Shown here in pieces: positions 9,801 to 18,063 of a DNA stretch of 47,078 nt; the first letter of the stretch is position 1, and every line of letters begins with the position of its first letter. The stretch is from Bacteroidota bacterium (GTDB lineage Bacteria; Bacteroidota; Bacteroidia; UKL13-3), in contig JAUYMZ010000454.1 in assembly GCA_030699355.1 (NCBI GenBank), forward strand, positions 1-47,078, given 5' to 3'. The position numbers and the translations under genes were made by a program. The notes below the pieces were generated by a model. The model had not been told where the DNA came from. It ran no database searches and was given only the letters and a program-made list of their open reading frames with translations.

Positions 9801-9948
9801 CCCAGTTCATTCCGTAAATGAAAGTTTCTTTTCCGTTTACCAAAAGTTTAAACCCGCTACCAGCTTTGGAAACTAGCACTTTATCGCCCTGAGCGAGCGT
9901 AAGTAATGGTGCAAGAAGTAAAAGACATTGAAGTAGAATTTTTCTCAT
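6829..9948 (-). CDS. Secreted clan GH-A (GH2/GH5/GH158-like) TIM-barrel glycosidase domain fused to a roughly 600-aa C-terminal beta-barrel-like domain
   Basis: Signal peptide (LLAPLLTLAQG). Acid/base LLGNENNY (E168 codon at 9445-9447) and nucleophile VLLTEFGAD (E269 codon at 9142-9144), about 100 aa apart as in clan GH-A. From about aa 430 to the end there are many amphipathic, aromatic-rich strand-like segments, such as RRLTFVVAKKLEKLTFDVGGIWGG, GGKVKLTYSIGSIRWYGLASY, NRYGVDVRTIYKKMKLMTIVRIDDWG and NEWEFRVYTQININ. Confidence 0.6.
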   Translation of the reverse strand: MRKILLQCLLLLAPLLTLAQGDKVLVSKAGSGFKLLVNGKETFIYGMNWDYFPVGTNYNYSLWNQSDDVIMAALDNEMSLLKNMGVNAIRQYTGVPAKWVKYIYENYGIYTMLNHSFGRYGLTVKGKWEAITDYSSPLVRELLLNETKEMVAQYKETPGILLFLLGNENNYGLFWRGAETENIPFADRNSTKDAMHLYKLFNDAAKELKQISNNHPIAICNGDLLFSNIIAKECKDVDILGINVYRGATFTDLFDKVKKDLNMPVLLTEFGADAYNTVANQEDQEYQAKVLVSNWKGIYENAAGMGNNDNSLGGFTFQFSDGWWKTGQTVNLDIHDATASWSNGGYKNDFVNGENNMNEEWFGICAKGQTNERGNYELYPRAAYYALQYVHRYNPYTGNMAAMNTFFNGISNADFALKARGDKAVLESKDKGKLYLSNLQANFTTYQTGGSLTSTPVASNPANAAGFPNAQGFDHMQSFNIGVTANPAPNMRANVQFNLLGNVATNPIDEIFYENRGRPITVATPNGPVQISDNNRLQLYRASYSWDAKEFKLTGFYRTGHYHWGYEGDFFGLYPEANYGPNIDIYNGNAPFGFEMEAKRKLKGLKVAFGPELWWGANPAVLVKYSKKVAGLDLTGIFHEDIVQRTNLQSSFAVPVPKTRRLTFVVAKKLEKLTFDVGGIWGGQPLVGRAFQMVENNTVYEDKIQTTDNLGGKVKLTYSIGSIRWYGLASYMGLVANGGVDQTKTFTGWVLKDVGSGNMYNALTGVTYNIGKFQIAPNFLYQRPLVGPIGPNFAAPARPRNILDDPFSVRGNRETVGGELLLTFDPTPATWMYEWDNDRMEDAKFAMSAGFVYRHLPTVQDAAIGILGNGRTTFVFPGSAPAQDLWEVNTRLVSKISPEFGVIGNIYFGNGQANGSDARTINRYGVDVRTIYKKMKLMTIVRIDDWGPFDYHRDFNQTFPLQLIGDWSIEIGKPDWFLMPGTKLGFRGTFRTLDRYSNRYAPAFMLNSSGIMVPDPNVIGFPNGNEWEFRVYTQININN

Positions 9949-10097
9949 TTTGTATTAATTATTTTGTTTATAAACTTAATTTTTTTCGAAACGTTATGCT
10001 TGGTTTTGGGGCTTGGATTTTTCTGTTTTTTGGCTAATTTTTTTAATTATGGTAAAATTTACAATAACCAAATTAAAGAATAAAATTAGTAACAATC

Positions 10098-10105
10098 CAA
10101 ATTTA
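10098..10105 (-). promoter_or_regulatory. Candidate Bacteroidota -7 box (TAnnTTTG) for the glucan operon
   Basis: Plus-strand caaattta is TAAATTTG on the minus strand. It is the only exact TAnnTTTG match I found on that strand in the 444-bp gap upstream of the start at 9948. No clear -33 TTTG partner. Confidence 0.2.
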
Positions 10106-10392
10106 TTTTTTGATTAAGAAAAAATATTGCCGAGAAAAGCTGTTTTGGGTGACCTAGATAAAGGCAAAAGAATGAGCTACAAAAACCCATATCAAATATT
10201 TGAGGCCAAATCTGGACTTGTGTAATTTATACCTGAGCCAATGTAACAACAGAACAAAAGTGCAACAATCAGATATGCTTCTTAATTTCACATTTCTGTA
10301 TATAAAAAGTATCCAATAATACATATACTTTATCCTATTTTTTACTTACTACCTGCAAGGATTAAAGGTTTGGTTCAAGCCGAACCAACTTT

Positions 10393-11409
10393 TTAGTTAA
10401 TGTTTGCTATGCGCTTATCTATCATTTTAAACCACAAAGGCGGTATGGCAGCTACAAAGAACATGCCCGCGTAGCCGCTGGGCAATTGCCTGCCTTGCTC
10501 ATAACTTTGAAGGGTGTGGTAGGGTTTAGCCGCATGGTAATGGTGGTCGGCATGACGACTCAAATCTATTAATACAAATCTACTTACGGGCACATCGCTT
10601 TGCCAGCTATGCCATTCTGTAACCCGCTCATTTTCTTTTCGGGTTAGTCCGTAATGTTCTATGTAATTAACATATTCTAGCAGAAAATTGGCCGCTACGC
10701 AATGTAATACAAAACCCAAAAGAGCTATTGGTCCGAACCAAATGATAATAAAGGTATCGAATAAGAGGTGCAGAATTACTTGCCTCAGCACATAATGTTG
10801 CAGGGTCCAAATGGATTTATTTGCTTTTTTCAGGCGTTCAGATTCTAATTTCCAAGCGCCCTTAATCTGACCCAAACCACTTCTTAAAAAGAAAGCATAC
10901 AAGTTTTCTCCTTTTTTAGCGGTGGAAGTATCTTTGTTGGTTCCTACCCATTTGTGATGCACTTGCAGGTGCTCTATATAAAAATAAAAATTGCCTGCGC
11001 TAAAGAGTAGCCATTTTCCTAAGAAGCGCTTTAACTGCGATTTACGGTGTATCAATTCATGCGCCACCACAATAGCAGCAGAGCCAGAATTTACACCCAT
11101 GCTTATGGCTGCTATGGCTATCCATATTCCGTTTAGCAGGTGTGTGTGTACAGCGTAAAAATAACTTATGATACAGAGTAGTTGGGCGGGTATGTGTAAG
11201 TATAAAATCAGGTTGGGCAGTTTATCTGTGGTTGCACTGGTGGTGTTATTCCTGATGGGTTTTAAAAGCCATTCTGCTGCCGCTAAAATACCCAATGAAT
11301 AGATGGCGTTTAAAGCAGACCATATTTCTCCTTGCATATTGCCATATATTACGGCAATACTTGGCGTTAAACTTAAAAGATAGGCTAGATTTCTGTAACT
11401 TGCTTTCAT
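10393..11409 (-). CDS. alkB: AlkB-type integral-membrane di-iron alkane 1-monooxygenase / fatty-acid-desaturase superfamily protein
   Basis: Four AlkB hallmark boxes are present: HELIHR, EHLQVHH, NYIEHYGL (AlkB-specific) and LSRHADHHYH. Multiple hydrophobic TM segments. Confidence 0.75.
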   Translation of the reverse strand: MKASYRNLAYLLSLTPSIAVIYGNMQGEIWSALNAIYSLGILAAAEWLLKPIRNNTTSATTDKLPNLILYLHIPAQLLCIISYFYAVHTHLLNGIWIAIAAISMGVNSGSAAIVVAHELIHRKSQLKRFLGKWLLFSAGNFYFYIEHLQVHHKWVGTNKDTSTAKKGENLYAFFLRSGLGQIKGAWKLESERLKKANKSIWTLQHYVLRQVILHLLFDTFIIIWFGPIALLGFVLHCVAANFLLEYVNYIEHYGLTRKENERVTEWHSWQSDVPVSRFVLIDLSRHADHHYHAAKPYHTLQSYEQGRQLPSGYAGMFFVAAIPPLWFKMIDKRIANIN

Positions 11410-11642
11410 AATTATATATCAAAGCTATGTTTTATTTTTATCTTATTCAATAGTTCTGTATTGTGCTTATTTTTTTGTTTTTACATTGGTTTATTCTTGT
11501 TTGTTTATTATTGTGAGAGTGCCCATCAAGGCAAAAGCAAAATATTTGCATGTTTTGGAGGGTGACTTATAAGAATAATCTAGCAATAGTTTAGAAGTAG
11601 CGCTTCAATTATTGCTTCATTTTTTTAACTAGGATATGGAAA

Positions 11643-12200
11643 CTACTTACCTCCTCTTATGGCACTCGCTCTAAGCGGTTTTATATTAAAAAGTGTAGCT
11701 AAACACCATTCTAAAATTTGAAAAAACCGAATAAATTCAAGTACCGGGTTAAGGTAATTGGTAATGATACAATAATTCATACTGTAGGGCGATTGATGGT
11801 GTTGGCCGTGGTGTTTTCTTGATTGAAGAAGTCCTATACTTTGTAAATAACAAATTAACCTGCCATTTTCTTTGTCGGATTGATGCGCTTTCCTGTGTAT
11901 TTCATTTGATTGAGAAGCCAATGCAATACAGGCTGCATAAAAGAAACTGAACCAACCAAAAAGAAGTGGTATGGCAATTAAAATAATACCTGTTATAATG
12001 CTCGTGTTATTTCTTTGCCAATAGTTTCCTTTTAAGAATGCCCTTGGCTCATGGTGATGAAGTAAATTGGGTTGAACAATATGTTTACCCAAAACTGGCC
12101 AATTGGGATTGCCATAGGTGTCTTCCCACCAATGAAATAATCCTGATAGGAAGTCGGCACATAATAAAATTGCCAAAAATTGAAATGGTAGTAATAACAT
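11643..12200 (-). CDS. CarF/TMEM189 (PEDS1)-type lipid desaturase domain protein
   Basis: 185-aa membrane protein with His clusters FHWWEDTYG, LLHHHEP, EIHRKAHQ and RKHHGQHHQSPY. This matches the histidine-rich pattern of the CarF/TMEM189 lipid desaturase domain. Confidence 0.6.
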   Translation of the reverse strand: MLLLPFQFLAILLCADFLSGLFHWWEDTYGNPNWPVLGKHIVQPNLLHHHEPRAFLKGNYWQRNNTSIITGIILIAIPLLFGWFSFFYAACIALASQSNEIHRKAHQSDKENGRLICYLQSIGLLQSRKHHGQHHQSPYSMNYCIITNYLNPVLEFIRFFQILEWCLATLFNIKPLRASAIRGGK

Positions 12201-12459
12201 ATTGTGAATATTTAATCTTTACAAATCACTCAATGTTCCTTCCTAAATGTAAATTGTTTTGTCCTATTTTGGGAAATAAGCTTGTAAAATTTGCAAACTT
12301 TTTGGCAGGTTTTTGGGCTATTCAATAAATGTTTCTTGTTTTCTTACAATTAATTACCATCAAATTACCCACCCGCTCAAAATGGATTCTCTTTTAATTT
12401 GAAAAAAATAAATTTTTAACGCGTTTTCATTTTACTTTGCCAAAAATTATCTAGAAACT

Positions 12460-14391
12460 GTGTTGAAATACCTTAAAAGTCTACTCCTGTTTGCCCTGTT
12501 ACTAGCATTCCAAGCTAAGGGAAATACTGGTTATTATCCGGGAACCGTATTATTACACCTAGATAGTATCGATAATAAATTATTTAAAGAGCAATGCTCT
12601 GAGGAAAGATTTTACGCGATTGTTTACGATTTTAACTACACCCTTATTAGGTCTTTAATACCGCTTGAAGATGCTAGGGCATACCTCAAGTTTTTAAGAA
12701 CATGTATTGTGCTTAGACCTGAATTTGGTAAATACACTTATTTAGTAGATTTGGCCGAATCTTCGCTCTTACACCTCTGTAAAGACGTTCAAAAATTTAA
12801 TAAGCATCATCAGTCTGTAAAAGAAAAATGGCTGAACCAAGCTACCTTAGGTTATTTTTTAGAATATGAATTGGGATTGGGAAATTTCTTGGTCTTTAAT
12901 GGTGATAGGGAGTTAGCCCTTAAATCTTACCGAAATGTGGAGGGTATTATAGAAAATAATGGCTTTAAAAACTTAGAAAACAATTCAAAAATACTTGCCA
13001 TTGTAAACGCTAATGCATTGGCAGTATGTTTTAGAGAGCTATACTTGTTAGATTCGGCAGAATTCTATTTTAAGCTGGGATTACAAAGAGCTAATTTACT
13101 GAACCGAGCAGATTGGCAAGGCATTATTTCTGGTAATTTAGCTGAATTTCAAATACGAAATGGCCACACAGAATTCGCAGAGGAATTATTAATTACAGAC
13201 TATAAGCAATCGCTTAAAACCAATCAAATTGGTAGTGCCATTAACGCCCTTTTAACCTTAATAGATTTATATATCCTGAACCAAAACTTTGCTAAGGCCA
13301 ATCAAACTTACGATACCGCCTCTCAGTTAATTAGTAGGGTTGAACCCACTTTTAATGATGGCTTACCGGAGTTTAAAAACGGACTTCTACTTCGTGCCAT
13401 TAAGCTGGGTTTGGTAAAAGGTACAAGCACCGAGGCATTGCGTTACCTCGATAGTTTATACCAAATAGTAAGAAAAGAAAAAAACAAAGAAACGCATTCA
13501 GATAGATACGTTATTGAAGATAATCTGAGCAAACTGGTGTCTTTAAGAGAAGAGCGTAAAAGAATTAGCTATATTATTATTGCTTTTTCTCTTCTTATGA
13601 TTTTAGCCATTATAATGGCTTTTTTGCAAAGGCGATACAACCAAATCTTGACCCAGAAAAACGACGAAATTAAGCAGCAAAGCAAAAACCTAGAGCGCCT
13701 CAATCAACAAAAAAGCAAACTATTCTCGGTGGTTGCGCACGATATTAGAGGTCCTATTGGTAGCTTACAAGGTCTTTTAGAATTGTATGCCGAAAAACAA
13801 ATCTCAGAATTAGAACTGATGGAATACAGCCAAGGCATTGGCGATAATTTAAACAGCTTAAACACCATGTTAGATAATCTCTTAAACTGGGCCAGAACCG
13901 GCATGGAGAATGGCATAGTGCCCAGTTTTTCTGAGATAGATTTGGGAGAATGCTGCCAAGAAATTATCACCCATGTTAGCCCTCAACTGGCCAAGAAAAA
14001 TCTGCTTCTCCACTTTCAGAGCACAGAAAAAATATGGGTTCAGACCGACCCTGCCTTATTAACGGTAATTATTAGAAACCTCTTGCACAATGCCATTAAA
14101 TTTTCTGAACCCAATACGCCCATACATTTGGTTTTATCAGCCAACCAAGAGGCCAAAAGGGTGGATATTTCTATTGCAGATAAGGGCCAAGGAATGAGTC
14201 AAGAAAGCCTAAACCAAATACTGCACGCCAACACCGGGGTAATAAGCAAGCCGGGCACCCAAGGAGAACGAGGCACAGGCTTGGGCCTTATGTTATGCAA
14301 AGAATTTACCTTAGCATTAAAGGGAACCTTTTCTGGCAAAAGCACCCCAGGTATAGGAACAACATTTACTGTTTCTTTGCCTTTGGGTTGA
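12460..14391 (+). CDS. Sensor histidine kinase with N-terminal TPR-like extracytoplasmic region; no adjacent response regulator
   Basis: GTG start followed by a signal peptide. A long helical-repeat region, then one TM segment (ISYIIIAFSLLMILAIIMAF). HisKA H-box FSVVAHDIRGP and HATPase_c N/G boxes (LLHNAIKFS, DKGQGM, GTGLGL). Confidence 0.85.
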   Translation: MLKYLKSLLLFALLLAFQAKGNTGYYPGTVLLHLDSIDNKLFKEQCSEERFYAIVYDFNYTLIRSLIPLEDARAYLKFLRTCIVLRPEFGKYTYLVDLAESSLLHLCKDVQKFNKHHQSVKEKWLNQATLGYFLEYELGLGNFLVFNGDRELALKSYRNVEGIIENNGFKNLENNSKILAIVNANALAVCFRELYLLDSAEFYFKLGLQRANLLNRADWQGIISGNLAEFQIRNGHTEFAEELLITDYKQSLKTNQIGSAINALLTLIDLYILNQNFAKANQTYDTASQLISRVEPTFNDGLPEFKNGLLLRAIKLGLVKGTSTEALRYLDSLYQIVRKEKNKETHSDRYVIEDNLSKLVSLREERKRISYIIIAFSLLMILAIIMAFLQRRYNQILTQKNDEIKQQSKNLERLNQQKSKLFSVVAHDIRGPIGSLQGLLELYAEKQISELELMEYSQGIGDNLNSLNTMLDNLLNWARTGMENGIVPSFSEIDLGECCQEIITHVSPQLAKKNLLLHFQSTEKIWVQTDPALLTVIIRNLLHNAIKFSEPNTPIHLVLSANQEAKRVDISIADKGQGMSQESLNQILHANTGVISKPGTQGERGTGLGLMLCKEFTLALKGTFSGKSTPGIGTTFTVSLPLG

Positions 14392-14530
14392 TGGCTGTGG
14401 CCATTACAAAAAGCAAGTTATTATGAGCTATTGGTTCTTTTCGCCTTACCTTGCTGCCCTTTGTCAGTATTAAGTTCTTAGTGTCATTGTTTTGTTAGCA
14501 TTGTAATACGTTTAGCTCATGATTGACTAT

Positions 14531-17500
14531 TTACTTTATCATTTCGTGTTTGGTTCTATTAAATAGCCAAAATATAATTGGGAAAACTAAAAGTGTCAAA
14601 ATGGTTGCCGTAATCAGTCCTCCGATAATTACAATGGCTAAGGGTTTTTGAGATTCTGAACCAATACCTGTACTCAAAGCGGCTGGTAAAAGTCCTATTG
14701 AAGCCATAAGTGCCGTCATCACCACCGGTCTTGTTCTTACTTTTACGGCTTCCATTATTGCTCCATTCAAACCTAAATTTTCTTTTAGGTTTTTATGAAA
14801 TTCGGAAATAAGGATTACGCCATTTTGAATGCAAATTCCAAACAAGGCTATAAAACCTACACCGCCCGAAATTCCAAAGTTGGTACCGGTAATATGCAAT
14901 GCCATAATACCGCCAATGATTGCAAATGGTACATTTGTAAGTACTAAAAGCGAATCTTTTATATTGCCAAACAGAATAAATAACAATATAAAAATACCTG
15001 CCAAGCTAATAGGCACCATTTGTCCCAATGTGCCTGTGGCTCTAACTTGATTTTCAAACTCGCCTGTCCAACCAATACTATACCCTTGAGGAAGTTCTAT
15101 TTTGTTTTCTACATTTTTTTGAGCCTCGGCTATCGTACTTCCTAAATCCCTATCACGTACAGAAAACTTTACCCCAATAAATCGCTTCGTATTATCTCGG
15201 TAAATAAAGGCTGGTCCAGTTACTTTTTTAATGGAGGCTATTTCTTTTAAAGGAATTTTGTGCCCTTGAATGGTCGGCACTTTTAGGTTGCTAATATCTC
15301 GCTCGTTTTTGCGATAGTCTTTATTATACCGCACTCGAACATCAAATTTCTTTTCGCCCTCAAATTTTTGAGTGGCCGTTTTACCTCCAAATGCCATTTC
15401 TAATACCGCTTGTGCATCGGCTACTTTAACCCCATAAGCAGCCATACGTTCTCTATCTAATATTACACTCACTTCGGGCTGACCTACATTTCTCAATATG
15501 CCTACATCTTTTATTCCTTCTACATTTTCTATTTGTTTGATTACTTTATTGGCTATTTCATCTAATTTCTCTAAGTCATCGCCATAAATTTTCACAGCAT
15601 TAGAGGCATTAATACCTGCCACACTTTCAGCCACGTTATCAATAATAGGTTGTGAATAATTATAACCAATTCCTTGATATTTAGTCAAAGAATCGTCCAT
15701 TTCTCGAACCAAATCGTCCATTGTTATTTTTCGTTTCCATTCGTCTTTGTGTTTCAGGTTTACCTGCATTTGCACATAATAAAAACCACTTGGATCGGTG
15801 CCGTCATTACTTCTACCTACTTGACTAAGCACCCCATTTACTTCTGGAAATTTCTGTAATTCTTTTCTTAAAATAGCTGTTTTTTCGACCGTTTCAGGAA
15901 GACTTTGACTCATCGGGAATTTGGCTTCTACCCACAAAGCACCTTCATTAAGCTGAGGTAAAAACTCAGTGCCTAAAAATTTGGCAGAAAAGAATGTTAT
16001 TACAATGATTGAGATTGTTACGATTAAACTTTTTCTTTTATTTCTAAATGTCCAAGCAAATCCATTTTCTACTATTCTATTCCAAAAGTTTACGAACGGA
16101 TTGTGCTTTTCTTTGACATTTTTATTGAGTAAAATATGGCTCAAAACGGGGACTAATGTTAAGGTAAAAATTAATGCCCCTAATAAGGCAAAACCTAAAG
16201 TGTATGCCAATGGCGAAAACATTTTTCCTTCCACTTTTTGAAAGGCAAAAATGGGTAGTAAGGCAGTAATTATAATCAATTTTGAAAAGAAAATGGCTTT
16301 CCCCATCTCAACACCTGTTTTTTTGATAATCTGTCCTTTGGCTAATTTATTATAGGCTGCCATTCCTTTTTTGTGAGCTAAATGGTCGAGGGTTACAAAA
16401 ATCCCTTCCACCATCACCACCGCACCATCTATAATAATTCCAAAATCTACCGCTCCGAGTGACAATAAATTGGCACTCATTCCTTTTAGTTTCAAGCATA
16501 AAAAAGCGAAAAGAAGCGAAAGAGGAATGATAATAGAAACTATAAATGTGGTACGCCAATCGGCCATAAACAAAAACACAATAACCGTTACAAACAAAAT
16601 CCCTTCCAACATATTGTGCATTACGGTAGTGGTGGTATAGTTCATCAGATTGTCGCGGTCGTAGAAAGTTTCCATTTTTACATCTTTGGGCAAAATGCGT
16701 TCGTTGAGTTCGGCAATTTTTTCTTTAATTCTACCCAAAACTTCTTTAGGATTTTCGCCTTTTCGCATTACCACAATTCCTTCTACCACATCATCATTTT
16801 CATTAAGCCCCACTTGGCCTACTCTTGGCATAGCACTTTCAAATACATCGGCTACATTTTTTACTAAAATAGGGTTTCCACCGGCTTCGTCAATAATGAT
16901 ATTTTCTATATCCGAAATGCTTCCTAATAAACCAACACCACGCACTACATAAGCTTGTCCGTTTTTTTCAATTATATCGCCACCCACATTGATATTACTT
17001 TGATTAACGGCATCATAAACTTGTAAGGGTGTGATATTGTATTTTGATAATCGGTTGGGGTCAACACTTACTTCATAAGTTTTTTCTTGTCCGCCAAACG
17101 CCACCAAATCAGCTACACCAGGCACCGAACGCAACTGGCGGTCAATAGTCCAGTTTTGAATGGTAAGCAATTCTCTTGAATCTCTGTTAGGGCTTTTGAG
17201 CGTGTAGCGAAATACTTCTCCTGTTGGGCCATAGGGAGGCTGTACATCTGGCGTTACATCATCTGGAAGAGATACATTACGCAACAAATTGTTGACTTGT
17301 TGCCTTGCGAAAAAATCTTCCACCCCATCTTCAAAAATGATTTTGATTACAGAAAGTCCAAACATCGTAATGCTACGTACACTCGTTTTTTTCTGTACCG
17401 AATTCATAGCTATTTCCACTGGTGTGGTTACAAATCGCTCAATTTCTTCTGCACTTCTGCCATTCCATTCCGTTACAATGATTATTTGTGTATTGGTAAC

Positions 17501-17632
17501 ATCTGGAAATGCTTCAATGGGCATATTTCTAAATGCCACAATACCTGCAATCACCAAAACGCCTACCCAAAAGAAAGTAAAGGCTCTATTTTTTAGTGAA
17601 AATGCGATTATGTTCTTTATAAATTTGTTCAC
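14531..17632 (-). CDS. czcA: CusA/CzcA-family heavy-metal efflux RND inner-membrane pump
   Basis: 1033 aa with a 12-TM RND layout. The N-terminus (IIAFSLKNRAFTFFWVGVLVIAGIVAFRNMPIEAFPDVTNTQIIIVT) is typical of the HME-RND family. GTG start. It is the last gene of the TolC, adaptor and pump series. Confidence 0.9.
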   Translation of the reverse strand: MNKFIKNIIAFSLKNRAFTFFWVGVLVIAGIVAFRNMPIEAFPDVTNTQIIIVTEWNGRSAEEIERFVTTPVEIAMNSVQKKTSVRSITMFGLSVIKIIFEDGVEDFFARQQVNNLLRNVSLPDDVTPDVQPPYGPTGEVFRYTLKSPNRDSRELLTIQNWTIDRQLRSVPGVADLVAFGGQEKTYEVSVDPNRLSKYNITPLQVYDAVNQSNINVGGDIIEKNGQAYVVRGVGLLGSISDIENIIIDEAGGNPILVKNVADVFESAMPRVGQVGLNENDDVVEGIVVMRKGENPKEVLGRIKEKIAELNERILPKDVKMETFYDRDNLMNYTTTTVMHNMLEGILFVTVIVFLFMADWRTTFIVSIIIPLSLLFAFLCLKLKGMSANLLSLGAVDFGIIIDGAVVMVEGIFVTLDHLAHKKGMAAYNKLAKGQIIKKTGVEMGKAIFFSKLIIITALLPIFAFQKVEGKMFSPLAYTLGFALLGALIFTLTLVPVLSHILLNKNVKEKHNPFVNFWNRIVENGFAWTFRNKRKSLIVTISIIVITFFSAKFLGTEFLPQLNEGALWVEAKFPMSQSLPETVEKTAILRKELQKFPEVNGVLSQVGRSNDGTDPSGFYYVQMQVNLKHKDEWKRKITMDDLVREMDDSLTKYQGIGYNYSQPIIDNVAESVAGINASNAVKIYGDDLEKLDEIANKVIKQIENVEGIKDVGILRNVGQPEVSVILDRERMAAYGVKVADAQAVLEMAFGGKTATQKFEGEKKFDVRVRYNKDYRKNERDISNLKVPTIQGHKIPLKEIASIKKVTGPAFIYRDNTKRFIGVKFSVRDRDLGSTIAEAQKNVENKIELPQGYSIGWTGEFENQVRATGTLGQMVPISLAGIFILLFILFGNIKDSLLVLTNVPFAIIGGIMALHITGTNFGISGGVGFIALFGICIQNGVILISEFHKNLKENLGLNGAIMEAVKVRTRPVVMTALMASIGLLPAALSTGIGSESQKPLAIVIIGGLITATILTLLVFPIIFWLFNRTKHEMIK

Positions 17633-17745
17633 TTTTATTTAATTGAGAGTTGAGAATTAAAAATTGATAATTATTTTTTTGAGGATTTAATGATTGACAC
17701 CAATAGTTTTATTAATTCTTGAATGTCTGTATTGATGGAGTCAAA

Positions 17746-18018
17746 TTAACTTTGTGTCAAATAATCTGTATCTTTCAATAAACAAATCCAATAATCTGTT
17801 TCATTAGCTTCTTTGAGAGCTATGCTTAATTTATGAATAAAATCCGCTTTACTTTCCCCGTGTTCTGCTTCTCGAATCAAGGCTCCAATGGCAGTACCGC
17901 TTCGAAGAAATTGTTTTGATAAAACAAACTCTTTTTTAGTATCAATCAAATACTTGTACAACTTTACAACCCTAATCGCAAAAGCATAACTTTTATCTTT
18001 AACAATATTTTCTTTCAT
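17746..18018 (-). CDS. Four-helix-bundle protein (PF05635, 23S rRNA intervening-sequence protein family), ended early by an in-frame TAA
   Basis: Family-typical ...SKQFLRSGTAIGALIREAEHGESKADFIHKLSIALKEANETDYWICLL.... After the TAA at 17746-17748 the same frame continues FDSINTDIQELIKLLVSIIKSSKK to a second TAA at 17671-17673. That restores the usual length of about 115 aa, so this may be a pseudogene. Confidence 0.75.
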   Translation of the reverse strand: MKENIVKDKSYAFAIRVVKLYKYLIDTKKEFVLSKQFLRSGTAIGALIREAEHGESKADFIHKLSIALKEANETDYWICLLKDTDYLTQS

Positions 18019-18063
18019 ATCTAATTAATTTTCAATTAATCATTCTCCATTACCCACTCATCC

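Noticed and set aside
10362-10392. Hairpin ttggttc-aagcc-gaaccaa followed by ttttt next to the alkB-like stop, considered as a terminator or a tRNA T-arm.
   Set aside because: The stem is only 7 bp. The T-run is on the plus strand, where no gene ends, and on the minus strand no U-tract follows. The 5-nt loop and the context do not fit a tRNA.
9949-10392. The 444-bp gap upstream of the glucan operon, examined for a degraded regulator or susC/susD remnant, or a riboswitch.
   Set aside because: No ORF of meaningful length appears in the track, and I recognised no conserved RNA motif. Remnant detection needs a translated search (tblastx/blastx), which I cannot run.
17746-18018. The four-helix-bundle protein as the Avd accessory protein of a diversity-generating retroelement.
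   Set aside because: Avd belongs to this fold family. However, there is no reverse transcriptase gene and no template/variable repeat pair anywhere in the window, and the neighbours are efflux genes.
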